A stretch of 43,478 nt of DNA from contig SKVR01000052.1 in assembly GCA_007129355.1 (NCBI GenBank), positions 1 to 43,478 of the forward strand, given 5' to 3'. The notes under the pieces were generated by a model, which saw only the letters and a list, made by a program, of their open reading frames with translations, was not told the origin of the DNA and did not search any database. This stretch comes from Bacteroidales bacterium. GTDB lineage: Bacteria; Bacteroidota; Bacteroidia; Bacteroidales; UBA7960. This document shows, piece after piece, positions 9,380 to 19,655 of the stretch (positions within the stretch are counted from its first letter, which is position 1; the number at the start of each line of letters is the position of its first letter). Position numbers and translations under genes: made by a program.

Positions 9380-10669
9380 ATGAACTTTGTTGAAGAATTG
9401 AAATGGCGTGGCATGATCCACGATATAATGCCGGGTACCGAAGAGCAATTAAAAAAAGAAGTTACTGCAGCCTATGTAGGAATAGACCCTACAGCCGACT
9501 CGCTCCATATCGGTCACCTTGTGAGTGTAATGATGTTGAAACATTTTCAGGTAGCCGGTCATAAGCCTATAGTCCTTGTGGGCGGGGCAACCGGAATGAT
9601 TGGGGATCCTTCCATGAAATCATCGGAACGCAATCTGCTGGATGAAGAAACCCTTAGCCACAACCAGGAATCTATCAAGCAACAGCTTAAACATTTCCTT
9701 GATTTTGAGAGTGATGAACCCAACAGGGCAGAGATGGTCAATAACTACGACTGGATGAAGGATTATACTTTCCTGGATTTTATTCGTGATGTGGGCAAGC
9801 ATCTTACCGTAAATTATATGATGGCAAAAGATTCGGTAAAGAAACGCCTGAGTGGCGAATCACGCGAAGGTTTGTCATTCACTGAGTTTACCTATCAGCT
9901 TGTGCAGGGTTATGACTTCCTGCATCTCTACCAGCAAAAGAATTGTAAACTCCAGATGGGCGGTTCCGACCAGTGGGGAAATATAACCACCGGTACCGAA
10001 CTCATCAGAAGAAAAACCGGTGGCGAAGCCTTTGCACTCACTTGTCCGCTTATTACCAAAGCCGATGGCGGCAAATTTGGAAAAACGGAAAAAGGAAATA
10101 TCTGGCTTGACCCGAACTATACATCTCCCTATCAGTTTTACCAGTTCTGGCTTAACTGCTCTGATGAAGATTCTGAAAGATACATCAAAATTTTTACCCT
10201 GTTCTCAAAAAGCGAAGTTGACGCTTTGATCGGGGAGCATAAACAGCAACCCCACTTGCGTTTGCTTCAAAAAACCCTGGCAAAGGATATCACCATAAGG
10301 GTTCACGGGGAGGAGCAATACAATACTGCCCTGGAAGCTACTGAAATACTTTTTGGTAAAGGTACCACGGAAACTTTGCAGAAACTTCCGGAAAACGTTT
10401 TACTGGATGTTTTTGATGGCGTTCCTATGTTTGATGTCCCTGAGAGTGAAATTGAAACAGGCATCCCGGTTATTGATTTCCTTGGAGGAAACACACAGAT
10501 ACTTGCATCGAAGGGTGAAGCCCGAAGAGCCTTGAAGGAGGGCAGTATAAGTATCAATAAAAATAAGGTGAATGACCAGTTTGTGGTAAACAGATCTGCT
10601 CTGCTGAATGATAAATACATATTGGCTCAAAAAGGCAAAAAGAATTTCTATCTTGTGAAAGTGATCTGA
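9380..10669 (+). CDS. tyrS: tyrosine--tRNA ligase
   Basis: 429 aa with the HIGH motif (SLHIGHLV), the KMSKS-equivalent KFGKT and a C-terminal S4-like domain. Confidence 0.95.
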   Translation: MNFVEELKWRGMIHDIMPGTEEQLKKEVTAAYVGIDPTADSLHIGHLVSVMMLKHFQVAGHKPIVLVGGATGMIGDPSMKSSERNLLDEETLSHNQESIKQQLKHFLDFESDEPNRAEMVNNYDWMKDYTFLDFIRDVGKHLTVNYMMAKDSVKKRLSGESREGLSFTEFTYQLVQGYDFLHLYQQKNCKLQMGGSDQWGNITTGTELIRRKTGGEAFALTCPLITKADGGKFGKTEKGNIWLDPNYTSPYQFYQFWLNCSDEDSERYIKIFTLFSKSEVDALIGEHKQQPHLRLLQKTLAKDITIRVHGEEQYNTALEATEILFGKGTTETLQKLPENVLLDVFDGVPMFDVPESEIETGIPVIDFLGGNTQILASKGEARRALKEGSISINKNKVNDQFVVNRSALLNDKYILAQKGKKNFYLVKVI

Positions 10670-10712
10670 TGAGGACGGAAAACCTGATAATTTCAACAAA
10701 AAACTTTTCATC

Positions 10713-13109
10713 ATGACAGCCATCAAAAAAGTTTTGGATTTTAAAAGAATGCTATGGATTCTTGTGTTTGTAATATTGGGTTGTACCCCCCGTCCCGTTT
10801 CATTGTTTCCCGAAGGCAATGATATTTTTGGTCTTGCTACATTCATCGAGTTGCAGGGAGATGAAACGGAAGTGATACTTGCCGATTATTTTCATTCCGA
10901 ATCAGTAGGTAAGATAGATTCCGTAACTGCACATCCTTCTCTTCGGGCAAGAATTTCAAATGATGGCAGCAAACTTTATCTTAGCCCCAGAAGCTTGAAT
11001 ATACCACATTATACCGAAGTGCGTGTGTGGCTCGATGGTAAACCTTACAGCCTGATTACCTCCAAATCTTTGCGGCAGGAACATACATTTTCCTTTGATC
11101 CTGATGGGAATAGGTACCGTAATGTTGCCATAAGAGGCGAAATGACTGACTGGGTTCCTGAGCCCATGACCCTTGTGGATGGCAACTGGCAGGTTACACT
11201 CAGTCTGAATCCCGGACGTTATCAGTACCTTATGGTTGCCAACGGGCAGGACATGCTTGATCCGGCCAATCCCGCGATTGTTTCCAACAATGCAGGCGGC
11301 TACAACTCACTTATAGAAATCGGCAATCTTGATCGCAGCTTACTTCCGCGAATTTATGGCACAGGTTACAAAGGGAATGATATAAATCTGCAACTGGTAA
11401 ATGATGTTGACAAGGTAATTGTATTGTGGGAAAATTTCCGTATCCCCGAAGAAAACCTTATCAGGCACGGGCAACATATGCATCTCTATATTCCTGGCGA
11501 TGCCTTTGATAAGGAAAGAAGTTTCATCAGAGTGCTGGCCTATAACAGGCATGGAGTAGCCAATGATCTGCTCATTCCTTTGCAAAAAGGACTCCCGGTT
11601 ACCAGTCCTGAAGAACTTACCCGCGAGGACAGAGAAGCGACTATAATGTACTTCCTTATGGTTGACCGGTTTTTTAACGGCAACCCCGACAGGGATGACC
11701 CGGTAGATGACCCCGAAGTGGCTGACCGGGCAAACTACCATGGGGGCGATCTGGACGGAGTTTTGCAAAAAATCAGAGAAGGTTATTTTACCGATCTGGG
11801 AGTAAATGCAGTATGGTTTTCGCCCATCACACAGAATCCGCTGGAAGCTTATATCGAGTTTCCCGAACCCAAAAGAAAATACACCGGTTATCATGGTTAC
11901 TGGCCCATTACTCTTACTACCATCGATCATCGCTTTGGTGATGATGAAGTGCTGGAGCAACTGGTAAAAAGTGCACATGAAAAAGAAATCAGTGTGCTGC
12001 TGGATTTTGTTTCCAACCATGTACACAAAAACAATCCGCTGATCATTGAAAACCCAGACTGGAAAACCACACTTGACCTTCCCGATGGCCGTCAGAACAT
12101 CAGGATATGGGATGAACACAGACTTACCACCTGGTTTGATGACTTTTTACCCAGTCTTGACTTTTCAAAACCCGAGGTAATTGAAACTATGGTTGACAGT
12201 GCCTTCTATTGGATTGACCGCTTCAATCTTGATGGTTTCCGGCACGATGCCACCAAGCACGTACCTTTTGAATTCTGGCGTGCGCTTACCCAAAAGCTTA
12301 AGGAAGAAAAAATGTACCCCGAAAATAAGCGCCTGTTCCAGATTGGAGAAACTTTCGGGAGCCATGACCTTATCAGTGGTTATATAGGATCAGGTTTGCT
12401 GGATGGAAAATTTGATTTCAACCTTTACTGGGATGCCCGTGCAGTTTTTGCACTTGATGAAGAGTCTTTTGAGCGCCTTGATTATTCTTTGTACCAGAGT
12501 TTCAGTTATTACGGATTTCAAAATCTCATGGGTAATATTACAGGAAATCATGATATGCCCAGGTTTATTTCCTATGCCGGTGGTGATCTTAGTTTTGAAG
12601 AAGATGACACAGAATCCGGTTGGGAAAGAACTATCGGGGTTGGTGATCCTGTTGGGTACGATAAGCTTTCTTCGCTTACGGCGTTCATTATGACCATTCC
12701 AGGAATTCCGGTAATTTATTATGGCGATGAAATAGGAATTCCAGGTGCCAACGACCCCGACAGCCGCAGACCCATGATTTTTGAAGGGCTTACCGAAAAC
12801 CAGCAAAAGGTTAAAGAAAATCTCAAAAAACTAACCAGGCTCAGAAGTTCAAATATGGCCTTTGTATACGGCGACTTCAATACGCTTAAAGTAACCCATG
12901 ATATTTATGCTTATTCCCGCTTTTATTTTGGCAACAGGGCCATTGTGGTTTTCAATAAAAGCTGGGAGCCGAAAACCCTAACCGTTGATTTACTGCCTAA
13001 CTTTATGCATGTGAATTATACTCCGCATTTTGGCTCTGATTTTTATACGGAAGGAGACAAACTTGAGATTGTTCTGGCTCCCAACAGCTTTGAAGTTCTT
13101 ACTTATTAA
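10713..13109 (+). CDS. GH13 alpha-amylase family glycoside hydrolase with N-terminal extension and E-set/CBM48-like module (lipoprotein)
   Basis: 798 aa with a lipoprotein-type signal (VFVILGC). The four GH13 regions are DFVSNHV (I), DGFRHDATKH (II), QIGETF (III) and TGNHDMPRF (IV). A CBM48-like segment reads RGEMTDWVPEPMTLVDGNWQVTL. Confidence 0.85.
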   Translation: MTAIKKVLDFKRMLWILVFVILGCTPRPVSLFPEGNDIFGLATFIELQGDETEVILADYFHSESVGKIDSVTAHPSLRARISNDGSKLYLSPRSLNIPHYTEVRVWLDGKPYSLITSKSLRQEHTFSFDPDGNRYRNVAIRGEMTDWVPEPMTLVDGNWQVTLSLNPGRYQYLMVANGQDMLDPANPAIVSNNAGGYNSLIEIGNLDRSLLPRIYGTGYKGNDINLQLVNDVDKVIVLWENFRIPEENLIRHGQHMHLYIPGDAFDKERSFIRVLAYNRHGVANDLLIPLQKGLPVTSPEELTREDREATIMYFLMVDRFFNGNPDRDDPVDDPEVADRANYHGGDLDGVLQKIREGYFTDLGVNAVWFSPITQNPLEAYIEFPEPKRKYTGYHGYWPITLTTIDHRFGDDEVLEQLVKSAHEKEISVLLDFVSNHVHKNNPLIIENPDWKTTLDLPDGRQNIRIWDEHRLTTWFDDFLPSLDFSKPEVIETMVDSAFYWIDRFNLDGFRHDATKHVPFEFWRALTQKLKEEKMYPENKRLFQIGETFGSHDLISGYIGSGLLDGKFDFNLYWDARAVFALDEESFERLDYSLYQSFSYYGFQNLMGNITGNHDMPRFISYAGGDLSFEEDDTESGWERTIGVGDPVGYDKLSSLTAFIMTIPGIPVIYYGDEIGIPGANDPDSRRPMIFEGLTENQQKVKENLKKLTRLRSSNMAFVYGDFNTLKVTHDIYAYSRFYFGNRAIVVFNKSWEPKTLTVDLLPNFMHVNYTPHFGSDFYTEGDKLEIVLAPNSFEVLTY

Positions 13110-13128
13110 ACCTTTTCAATCCTCGACT

Positions 13129-13614
13129 ATGACTACAAAAAAACCAAGAAAAAACGTTGCCCTGGTTGCGCATGATAACCGCAAAAAGCAACTTGTAGAA
13201 TGGGCATGCTGGAACCGTGAGATATTATCACGTCATAACCTGATTTGTACTGGCACCACAGGAAAACTTCTGGAAGAAACACTAAAATCAAATTGTGTAA
13301 AAGAAGAAGATGACTTGGAATTTGATATTACCAAGCTTAAATCGGGTCCGCTGGGTGGCGATCAGCAATTAGGTTCCTTAATTGTGGAAGGTAAAATCGA
13401 TATGATGGTATTTTTTTGGGACCCCATGCAACAACAGGCGCATGATGTGGATGTGAAAGCATTGCTTCGTATAACTGTGCTTTACAATATTCCCACTGCA
13501 TCTAACAGAGCTACTGCAGATTTTCTCATATCATCCGACTTTTTTGATGGAGTATATACACCCAACCCCATGGATGTGGAAGATTATCTCAACAGAAAAA
13601 TTGACATGAAATAA
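13129..13614 (+). CDS. mgsA: methylglyoxal synthase
   Basis: Motifs are VALVAHDNRK, CTGTTG, GPLGGDQQ and FFWDP...HDVDVKALLR. I chose the ATG at 13129 because the longer ORF from 13030 overlaps the preceding GH13 gene. Confidence 0.9.
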   Translation: MTTKKPRKNVALVAHDNRKKQLVEWACWNREILSRHNLICTGTTGKLLEETLKSNCVKEEDDLEFDITKLKSGPLGGDQQLGSLIVEGKIDMMVFFWDPMQQQAHDVDVKALLRITVLYNIPTASNRATADFLISSDFFDGVYTPNPMDVEDYLNRKIDMK

Positions 13615-13640
13615 ATATGGTATAACCAAAAATCGGAAAA

Positions 13641-15038
13641 ATGGAAAAAAGGAATTTAAAATTATCTGGTAAAATTTTGTTTTTGCTTGCAATGGTAAGC
13701 TTGCTGTCAGTCTCATGCCAGATGCAGCAACCTGCTGATAGCACCATCGAGCAACTGGTTAGCACCGTTTCGCATCCTGAGTGGAGCAAAAATGCAGTAT
13801 TGTATGAGGTGAATGTAAGACAATTTACCCCTGAAGGCACATTTAACGCATTTGCTGAACATTTGCCCCGCCTGAAGGAAATGGGGGTTAATATTTTATG
13901 GTTTATGCCCGTTACACCTATCGGTGAAGTAGAAAGAAAAGGCACCCTGGGCAGCTATTATTCTGTGCAGGATTATACAGGCATCAACCCTGAATTTGGC
14001 ACCAGGGAAGATTTTACCATTCTCGTAAACCAGATTCACGAAATGGGTATGTATGTTATTATCGATTGGGTTGCCAACCACACTGCATGGGATCATGCAT
14101 GGACACAAACCAATCCGGATTTTTATTATACCGATGCCGATGGAAGTTTCACTCCACCGCACGATACCGACTGGTCTGATGTAATTCAACTGGATTACCA
14201 GAACCATGATCTCTGGGATGCCATGATATCAGAAATGCGTTATTGGGTTGAAGAGGTAAATATTGATGGTTTTCGATGTGATGTGGCATACCTGGTGCCG
14301 ACTGAGTTCTGGAACCGTGCACGCCTGGAACTGGAAGGTGTTAAACCTGTTTTTATGCTTGCTGAAGCTGATCATCCCGAACTTAATGAACATGCGTTTA
14401 ATGCCGGTTACTCCTGGACTTCCCACCACACCATGAATCGCATCGCACAAGGGGAAGATGACGTGAGTGCTCTGGATAAATATTTCTTCGAAGAAAACCA
14501 GGGCAATTATCCTCTGGGTACTTATAAAATCAACTTCATTTCTAACCATGATGAAAACTCATGGGCCGGAACAGTCTTCGACAGGCTGGGTGATGCCATG
14601 CAAACTTTTGCCGTCCTTTCCAATACCGTAGAAGGAATGTTCCTCTTGTACAATGGTCAGGAGGCAGGGCTTGATAAGATGCTCGAGTTTTTCGAAAAAG
14701 ATGAGATTGACTGGAATGATTTAAAGTATCAGGATTTTTATACAAAACTTTTCGAACTTAAAGCCAGCAACAGGGCTCTCTGGAATGGTCTTGCAGGTGG
14801 GAAAATGGAGCGTGTTAACACCAATGATGATGAAAGCATTTTTGCCTTTACAAGAGAGAAAGATGAAGACAAGGTATTTGTTGTTCTTAACATCTCAGCA
14901 AAACCCAAAGTAGTTAAATTCTCCGGAGAAAACTTTGCCGGTAACTACACCGAACTTTTTTCGGCACAGGAAAAGACCATTACAACCGACGTTATGCTGG
15001 AAATGGAACCCTGGGCATACAAAGTTTACTATAAATAA
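13641..15038 (+). CDS. GH13 alpha-amylase (lipoprotein)
   Basis: 465 aa with a signal peptide and lipobox (LLSVSC). GH13 regions are DWVANHTA (I), DGFRCDVAY (II), MLAEAD (III) and FISNHDEN (IV). Confidence 0.9.
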   Translation: MEKRNLKLSGKILFLLAMVSLLSVSCQMQQPADSTIEQLVSTVSHPEWSKNAVLYEVNVRQFTPEGTFNAFAEHLPRLKEMGVNILWFMPVTPIGEVERKGTLGSYYSVQDYTGINPEFGTREDFTILVNQIHEMGMYVIIDWVANHTAWDHAWTQTNPDFYYTDADGSFTPPHDTDWSDVIQLDYQNHDLWDAMISEMRYWVEEVNIDGFRCDVAYLVPTEFWNRARLELEGVKPVFMLAEADHPELNEHAFNAGYSWTSHHTMNRIAQGEDDVSALDKYFFEENQGNYPLGTYKINFISNHDENSWAGTVFDRLGDAMQTFAVLSNTVEGMFLLYNGQEAGLDKMLEFFEKDEIDWNDLKYQDFYTKLFELKASNRALWNGLAGGKMERVNTNDDESIFAFTREKDEDKVFVVLNISAKPKVVKFSGENFAGNYTELFSAQEKTITTDVMLEMEPWAYKVYYK

Positions 15039-15060
15039 AACTTTAAAACCGACTCATAAC

Positions 15061-15090
15061 AAAAAAGGCTACTGAAATGGAGCCTTTTTT
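15061..15090. terminator. candidate bidirectional terminator between the amylase and hydrolase genes
   Basis: AAAAAAGGCT (15061-15070) pairs with AGCCTTTTTT (15081-15090) across a 10-nt loop. The GC core is only 4 bp, extended by A:T pairs. Confidence 0.5.
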
Positions 15091-15104
15091 GTATGGATTT
15101 CAAA

Positions 15105-15899
15105 TTATTTGTTGTAACAACTTCTTGTAAAATTCTCAGTAAAATCGAGGGTTTTGTCTCTGGCTTCGATAAAGCCCATATGTCCTGTATTGCGCAAAAT
15201 CAATGAATAAGCTGTTTCTGTTAGCGCCATCTGAACCCAGATATTTTCGAAAGGTACGCGGTTGTCTTTCTGACCGGCAATAAACATAACCGGGAAAGGT
15301 GCATTGATTAGAACATCAAGGGTGCTGGTGCGGTTTCTCATTCCCTGTTGGGCAGCAATTATGGCCTGTGGGTTCATTGTGGAGGCTTGGTCTATGAGTA
15401 CCTGTATTTCACTTTTGTAAATTTCACGGGTTTCCGGGGCAAAAAGGTCGGGAATAAAATTCAGCAAAAATCGGCTATGATTATTCCTGATTGCATCAAT
15501 GGCTCTCTCCCTGGTCTCTTTGTTTTCGTCACTATCGGCAAGTGATGTGCTGTGAAACAGCCCCATGCCTTTTAGCAGTGAAGAATATTTTCTGGCAAAA
15601 GCCAGACTAACGTAACCTCCCATAGAATGACCAACTATTACTGCTGAGGAAATACCCAGGTGATCTGTTACAGCCTTAACAGAGTCAGCCATTAACTCCA
15701 TCGAATGTATTTCATTAATGATACTGCTCTTTCCATGCCCGGGCAGGTCAATCAATACAACCCTGAAATTCTTTGCCAGTTTTTCCTTGAAGTCATACCA
15801 TATTTTTAATGATTCAGTAAAGCCATGCAAAAGTACCAGTACTTCGCCACTACCGTATTCCTCAAAGTATATTGAGCTATTTTTAAAATCTACCTGCAT
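15105..15899 (-). CDS. alpha/beta-fold hydrolase
   Basis: 264 aa with the oxyanion region LLHGFTES, the nucleophile elbow GHSMGG and a C-terminal His (NTGHMG). Confidence 0.85.
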   Translation of the reverse strand: MQVDFKNSSIYFEEYGSGEVLVLLHGFTESLKIWYDFKEKLAKNFRVVLIDLPGHGKSSIINEIHSMELMADSVKAVTDHLGISSAVIVGHSMGGYVSLAFARKYSSLLKGMGLFHSTSLADSDENKETRERAIDAIRNNHSRFLLNFIPDLFAPETREIYKSEIQVLIDQASTMNPQAIIAAQQGMRNRTSTLDVLINAPFPVMFIAGQKDNRVPFENIWVQMALTETAYSLILRNTGHMGFIEARDKTLDFTENFTRSCYNK

Positions 15900-16205
15900 T
15901 ATAGTTCTTTTAACGACATTATAAGTTCAATGAAGATGAAAACTTAAGATTAAAGATAAGGTTTTTTTGGTTGCCAAAGAAAAAAAATGTGCTTTTGTGT
16001 ATTTTTTATAACTTTACACATGCAGGTTTTGTAGTTTAGTCTTGAAAATTAATTAAAAAAATTTCATTGTTTTTTGGCAAGAACGATTATTTACAATCTC
16101 TGGTTGGAGTAAAGAACCTTTTGGCAGAAGTTAGAGCTAAGAATAACCTAAATGCACGGGTTTAAAAAATAAGCACCATATAATATTGATAAAAAACCAT
16201 AATTC

Positions 16206-17630
16206 ATGAACCCCAATAAAAGCCTGATTTTTATTATTGATGATGATGTATCAAGTTTAAAATTATTATCCCGTGTTCTTGAATCTGCCGGATATATCGT
16301 TGAAGGTTCAACATCAGGTGAAGATGCTTTGATAAACGTGCAGCAAAAAACTCCAGATCTTATTTTGCTTGATATTCTTATGCCGGGGATGGATGGCTAT
16401 GAAACATGTACCCAGCTTAAGCGAAGCAAAGGCCTTGAAGGTGTTCCGGTTATATTTATTACGGCGGCGAATGATACCAGTGAAATGGTAAAGGGTTTTG
16501 ATGCCGGCGCAGTTGATTTTATTTCCAAGCCTATAAATAAAGCTGAAATTCTGGCTCGTGTGAGCACGCATCTTGAACTAAAGCATTCAAAAGATCACAT
16601 TGCCAATGTAAATAAGGGTCTTTTGCTTGAAATTGAAAACCGAAGGCAGGCAGAAGAAAAGTTTAAAGCCCTATCAGAAACAGCCTTTGAAGCAGTAGTT
16701 TTTTTAAAGGATAGTGTTATCATTGAAGCCAATAAAGCTGCCCGTGAACTTTTTGGTTTGAATGAAAACAAGGCAAACCTCCCTTTGATAGCAGCTTTCC
16801 TGGATTCAGATGGAGAACGACTTCTGCATAAAATTAGCAAAAGAACTGAACACGGACCCTGGGAAATTGTATTTACCAGAAATGATGGTTCATCATTTTT
16901 CGGACAAGTCCAGCATCAACCCATTCAATATAAAGGTGAAATGATTAATGTGCTGGCTGTAAGAGATATTACCAGACAAAAGGAGCTTGATCGGGAAATT
17001 CTTAATGCTATTCTGGAAACGCAGGAAAACGAAAGAAAAAGGTTCTCCAGAGACCTCCATGATGGGTTGGGGGCAATTCTTTCAACTTTAAAAATTTATG
17101 CAGGTCTTCTACAAAAAGAGAGTAGAACCGCAGAAGAAAAAAAGGATTTGCTTGAAGAAATGAAGTCCGCCATTAATCAGGCTGTCGAATCAACCCGCAC
17201 AATTGCTAATAACCTGATGCCTAGTTTACTTATAGATCATGGCCTCATAAAAGCACTCAAATCTTTTGGCGATGCACTAAGCAAGACCGGAAGTATCTCC
17301 TTTGAATTCAATTACCCTGATGATTTGAAAATACCGGATAAAAATATAGAGACACATTTATACCGCATCATACTTGAACTTATAAATAACACCCTTAAAT
17401 ATGCAGATGCCGGCAACATTTATATTGCCATTTCTGTTAAAGGCAAATCTTTGATAGTAGAGTATAAAGATGATGGCAAAGGTTTTGATTTTAAAAAAGC
17501 CTATGAAAAAAAGGGAGGAGGACAGGGTTTGAAAAATATCTTCAGCCGGATAAATTTTTTAAATGGTAAAGGAAACTACAACGTTGACAAAAAAGGTTTT
17601 CTTCATTTTTACATGGAAATACCTCTTTGA
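16206..17630 (+). CDS. cytoplasmic hybrid sensor: N-terminal receiver - PAS - HisKA_3 histidine kinase
   Basis: 474 aa with a REC domain (IIDDD, LLDILMPGMDG, FISKP) and a PAS-like middle region. The H-box is FSRDLHDGLGAILS and the ATPase boxes are LINNTLKYA, DDGKGF and GGGQGLKNI. No TM helix is present. Confidence 0.85.
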   Translation: MNPNKSLIFIIDDDVSSLKLLSRVLESAGYIVEGSTSGEDALINVQQKTPDLILLDILMPGMDGYETCTQLKRSKGLEGVPVIFITAANDTSEMVKGFDAGAVDFISKPINKAEILARVSTHLELKHSKDHIANVNKGLLLEIENRRQAEEKFKALSETAFEAVVFLKDSVIIEANKAARELFGLNENKANLPLIAAFLDSDGERLLHKISKRTEHGPWEIVFTRNDGSSFFGQVQHQPIQYKGEMINVLAVRDITRQKELDREILNAILETQENERKRFSRDLHDGLGAILSTLKIYAGLLQKESRTAEEKKDLLEEMKSAINQAVESTRTIANNLMPSLLIDHGLIKALKSFGDALSKTGSISFEFNYPDDLKIPDKNIETHLYRIILELINNTLKYADAGNIYIAISVKGKSLIVEYKDDGKGFDFKKAYEKKGGGQGLKNIFSRINFLNGKGNYNVDKKGFLHFYMEIPL

Positions 17631-17725
17631 AAAGTTGAAAATTTAGCTTTAGCATATATTTTTATCGTTACATTTGCAATTGAGATAAATATTTAGCTTT
17701 TGTAAGTAAATAAATAAAATCGGTC

Positions 17726-18391
17726 ATGAACAGTAAGAAGCTCAAAATAATGATCGTTGAGGATCAGCATATTTTCAGAAAGGGACTAATATTGTTATTA
17801 AAGGAAATTCCGGGTGTTGAAATATTCGGTGAGGCTTCCAACGGTCAGGAGTTTCTGGATATGATTAAGGATGAAAGACCTGATATCGTTTTTATGGATA
17901 TTCAGATGCCTGTAATGAACGGAATCGAAGCTACCAAAAAAGCTATTGAAGAGTATCCGGGGCTAAAAATAGTTGCCATTAGTATGTTTGGCGAAGAAGA
18001 ATACCTGGTAAGTATGCTGGAAGCAGGCATAAAAGGTTTTCTGCTTAAAACGGTAGAAGAATACGAGCTTCATAAAGCTATTGAGCTGGTTTCTGACAAT
18101 AAAAATTATTTCTCTGATGAGCTATTACCAGTACTCACAAATTCCCTGGTTAACAGAAAATCCAGAACATCCGGGCAGGAGCCCGAACTCAGGGAAGAAC
18201 TCACTAAAAGGGAAATGGAAGTACTCAATCTGATTTGCAAGGGATTTACCATCAAAGAAATCGCTGAACAGTTGTTTATCAGCCAACGAACCGTTGATGG
18301 ACACAAGGCCAATCTTTTCCGCAAAACAGGTGTAGACAGTAGCGTAAAGCTGGTTACTTTCGCTATCAGGAACAACCTTTTCAAAGTATAA
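17726..18391 (+). CDS. NarL/LuxR-family response regulator
   Basis: 221 aa with a REC domain (IVEDQ, VFMDIQMP) and a LuxR HTH (LTKREMEVLNLICKGFTIKEIAEQLFISQRTVDGHKANLFRKTG). Confidence 0.9.
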   Translation: MNSKKLKIMIVEDQHIFRKGLILLLKEIPGVEIFGEASNGQEFLDMIKDERPDIVFMDIQMPVMNGIEATKKAIEEYPGLKIVAISMFGEEEYLVSMLEAGIKGFLLKTVEEYELHKAIELVSDNKNYFSDELLPVLTNSLVNRKSRTSGQEPELREELTKREMEVLNLICKGFTIKEIAEQLFISQRTVDGHKANLFRKTGVDSSVKLVTFAIRNNLFKV

Positions 18392-18415
18392 CTCTTACAA
18401 TTACTGTGGTTTCTG

Positions 18416-19423
18416 TCAGCAATCTTTGATAAGCTCGCAGCTTACTTCATTCTTACTTTCATTGCCGTTTTCAAAATCATCGAAGTTTTTAATAGTGGTT
18501 TCCTTGATCTGGTTTAAGCTTTCCTGGGTAAAAAATCCCTGGTGTGCTGTAATCAATACATTCGGAAAGATCATTAACCTGGATATTTGATCGTCTCTGA
18601 TGATTTTTTCAGAAAGGTCTCTGAAAAATAATTTTTCTTCTTCTTCGTAAACATCAATGGCAAGGGAACCCAGATGCTCCGATTTTAACGCATCAATTAC
18701 TGATAAGGTGTCTACAAGTTTACCCCTGCTTGTATTAATGAGCATGGCTCCTTTTTTCATTTTCCCCAGGTTTTTTTCATTTATGATATGATGCGTTTCG
18801 GGTGTTAGAGGACAATGCAAACTTATTATATCACTTTCATGCAATACCTCATCCATGTCTTTATAATCAACGTCCAGTTTTTTCATTGCATCCGACGGAT
18901 ATTTGTCGTAAGCAACTATTTTGGCTCCCATTCCGGAAAGTATTCTGCAGAAGGCTTGCCCGATTTGGCCCGTTCCGATAATTCCGATGGTTTTACCATG
19001 AATGGTAAATCCGGTGAGATTTACCAGTGAGAAGTTGCTGTCGCGCACCCGGTTATAAGCTTTATGAGTTTTTCGGGCAAGTGTCATCATCAGTGCAAGA
19101 GCATGTTCTGCAACGGCCTCGGGCGAATAAGCGGGTACACGCAAAACCCGGACATTGTAATTATTGGCTGCTTTAAGATCTACGTTATTGAAACCTGCAC
19201 ATCGCAAGGCAATAAGCTTAACACCATTTTCTGAAATACCTCTTATGACATCTTCTTCAAGTTTGTCGTTGACAAATACACAAACTCCATCATAGCCATT
19301 TGTGAGATTTATAGTCTGGGCCCGAAGGCGTGTTTCAAAAAATTCGAAATCGTGTTTATCTGATGCGTTCTCAAAAAGTTTACGATCATAAACCTGGGTT
19401 GAAAAAAATGCTATTTTGCTCAT
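18416..19423 (-). CDS. ldhA: D-lactate dehydrogenase (D-isomer 2-hydroxyacid dehydrogenase)
   Basis: 335 aa. The N-terminal half is collinear with E. coli LdhA as I recall it (FVND, LRCAGFNNVDL). It has the Rossmann motif GIIGTGQIGQ and the catalytic regions NTSRG and TAHQGFFT. Confidence 0.85.
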   Translation of the reverse strand: MSKIAFFSTQVYDRKLFENASDKHDFEFFETRLRAQTINLTNGYDGVCVFVNDKLEEDVIRGISENGVKLIALRCAGFNNVDLKAANNYNVRVLRVPAYSPEAVAEHALALMMTLARKTHKAYNRVRDSNFSLVNLTGFTIHGKTIGIIGTGQIGQAFCRILSGMGAKIVAYDKYPSDAMKKLDVDYKDMDEVLHESDIISLHCPLTPETHHIINEKNLGKMKKGAMLINTSRGKLVDTLSVIDALKSEHLGSLAIDVYEEEEKLFFRDLSEKIIRDDQISRLMIFPNVLITAHQGFFTQESLNQIKETTIKNFDDFENGNESKNEVSCELIKDC

Positions 19424-19655
19424 TATTATTGACTTTTGTTAGATTCATTAATAATTCTGTCTTTTTTCTGAAAAAAGATCACATAGTTCAAACAACTTTA
19501 AGCAAATAAAGGTTTAAGTAAATAGTGGGTAAAAAAGTTATCAGAGAAAATTAATACTAACATTTTATGGACGTATGATGTTGTTTCCGTTTACTCGGAA
19601 GTTCCAATAATTTTATTGTAAATTGGTTAAGTAGTCAAAAAAAATCACTATATAT

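Noticed and set aside
11340-12119. 259-aa minus-strand ORF, with many other 60-150-aa ORFs antisense to or out of frame with large genes (for example 94-393, 816-1091, 4790-5092, 10400-10846, 12390-12806, 21204-22268, 22479-25304, and 26926-31557 inside the giant gene)
   Set aside because: They lie entirely inside well-supported genes on the other strand or frame. Their translations are low-complexity or have skewed composition with no recognisable motifs, as expected for shadow ORFs.
13030-13128. 33-codon N-terminal extension of mgsA, and similarly 32270-32356 for PorP/SprF and 2968-3027 for the beta-barrel protein
   Set aside because: The extensions overlap the preceding gene or precede an obvious signal peptide or canonical family N-terminus. 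The internal ATGs are preferred.
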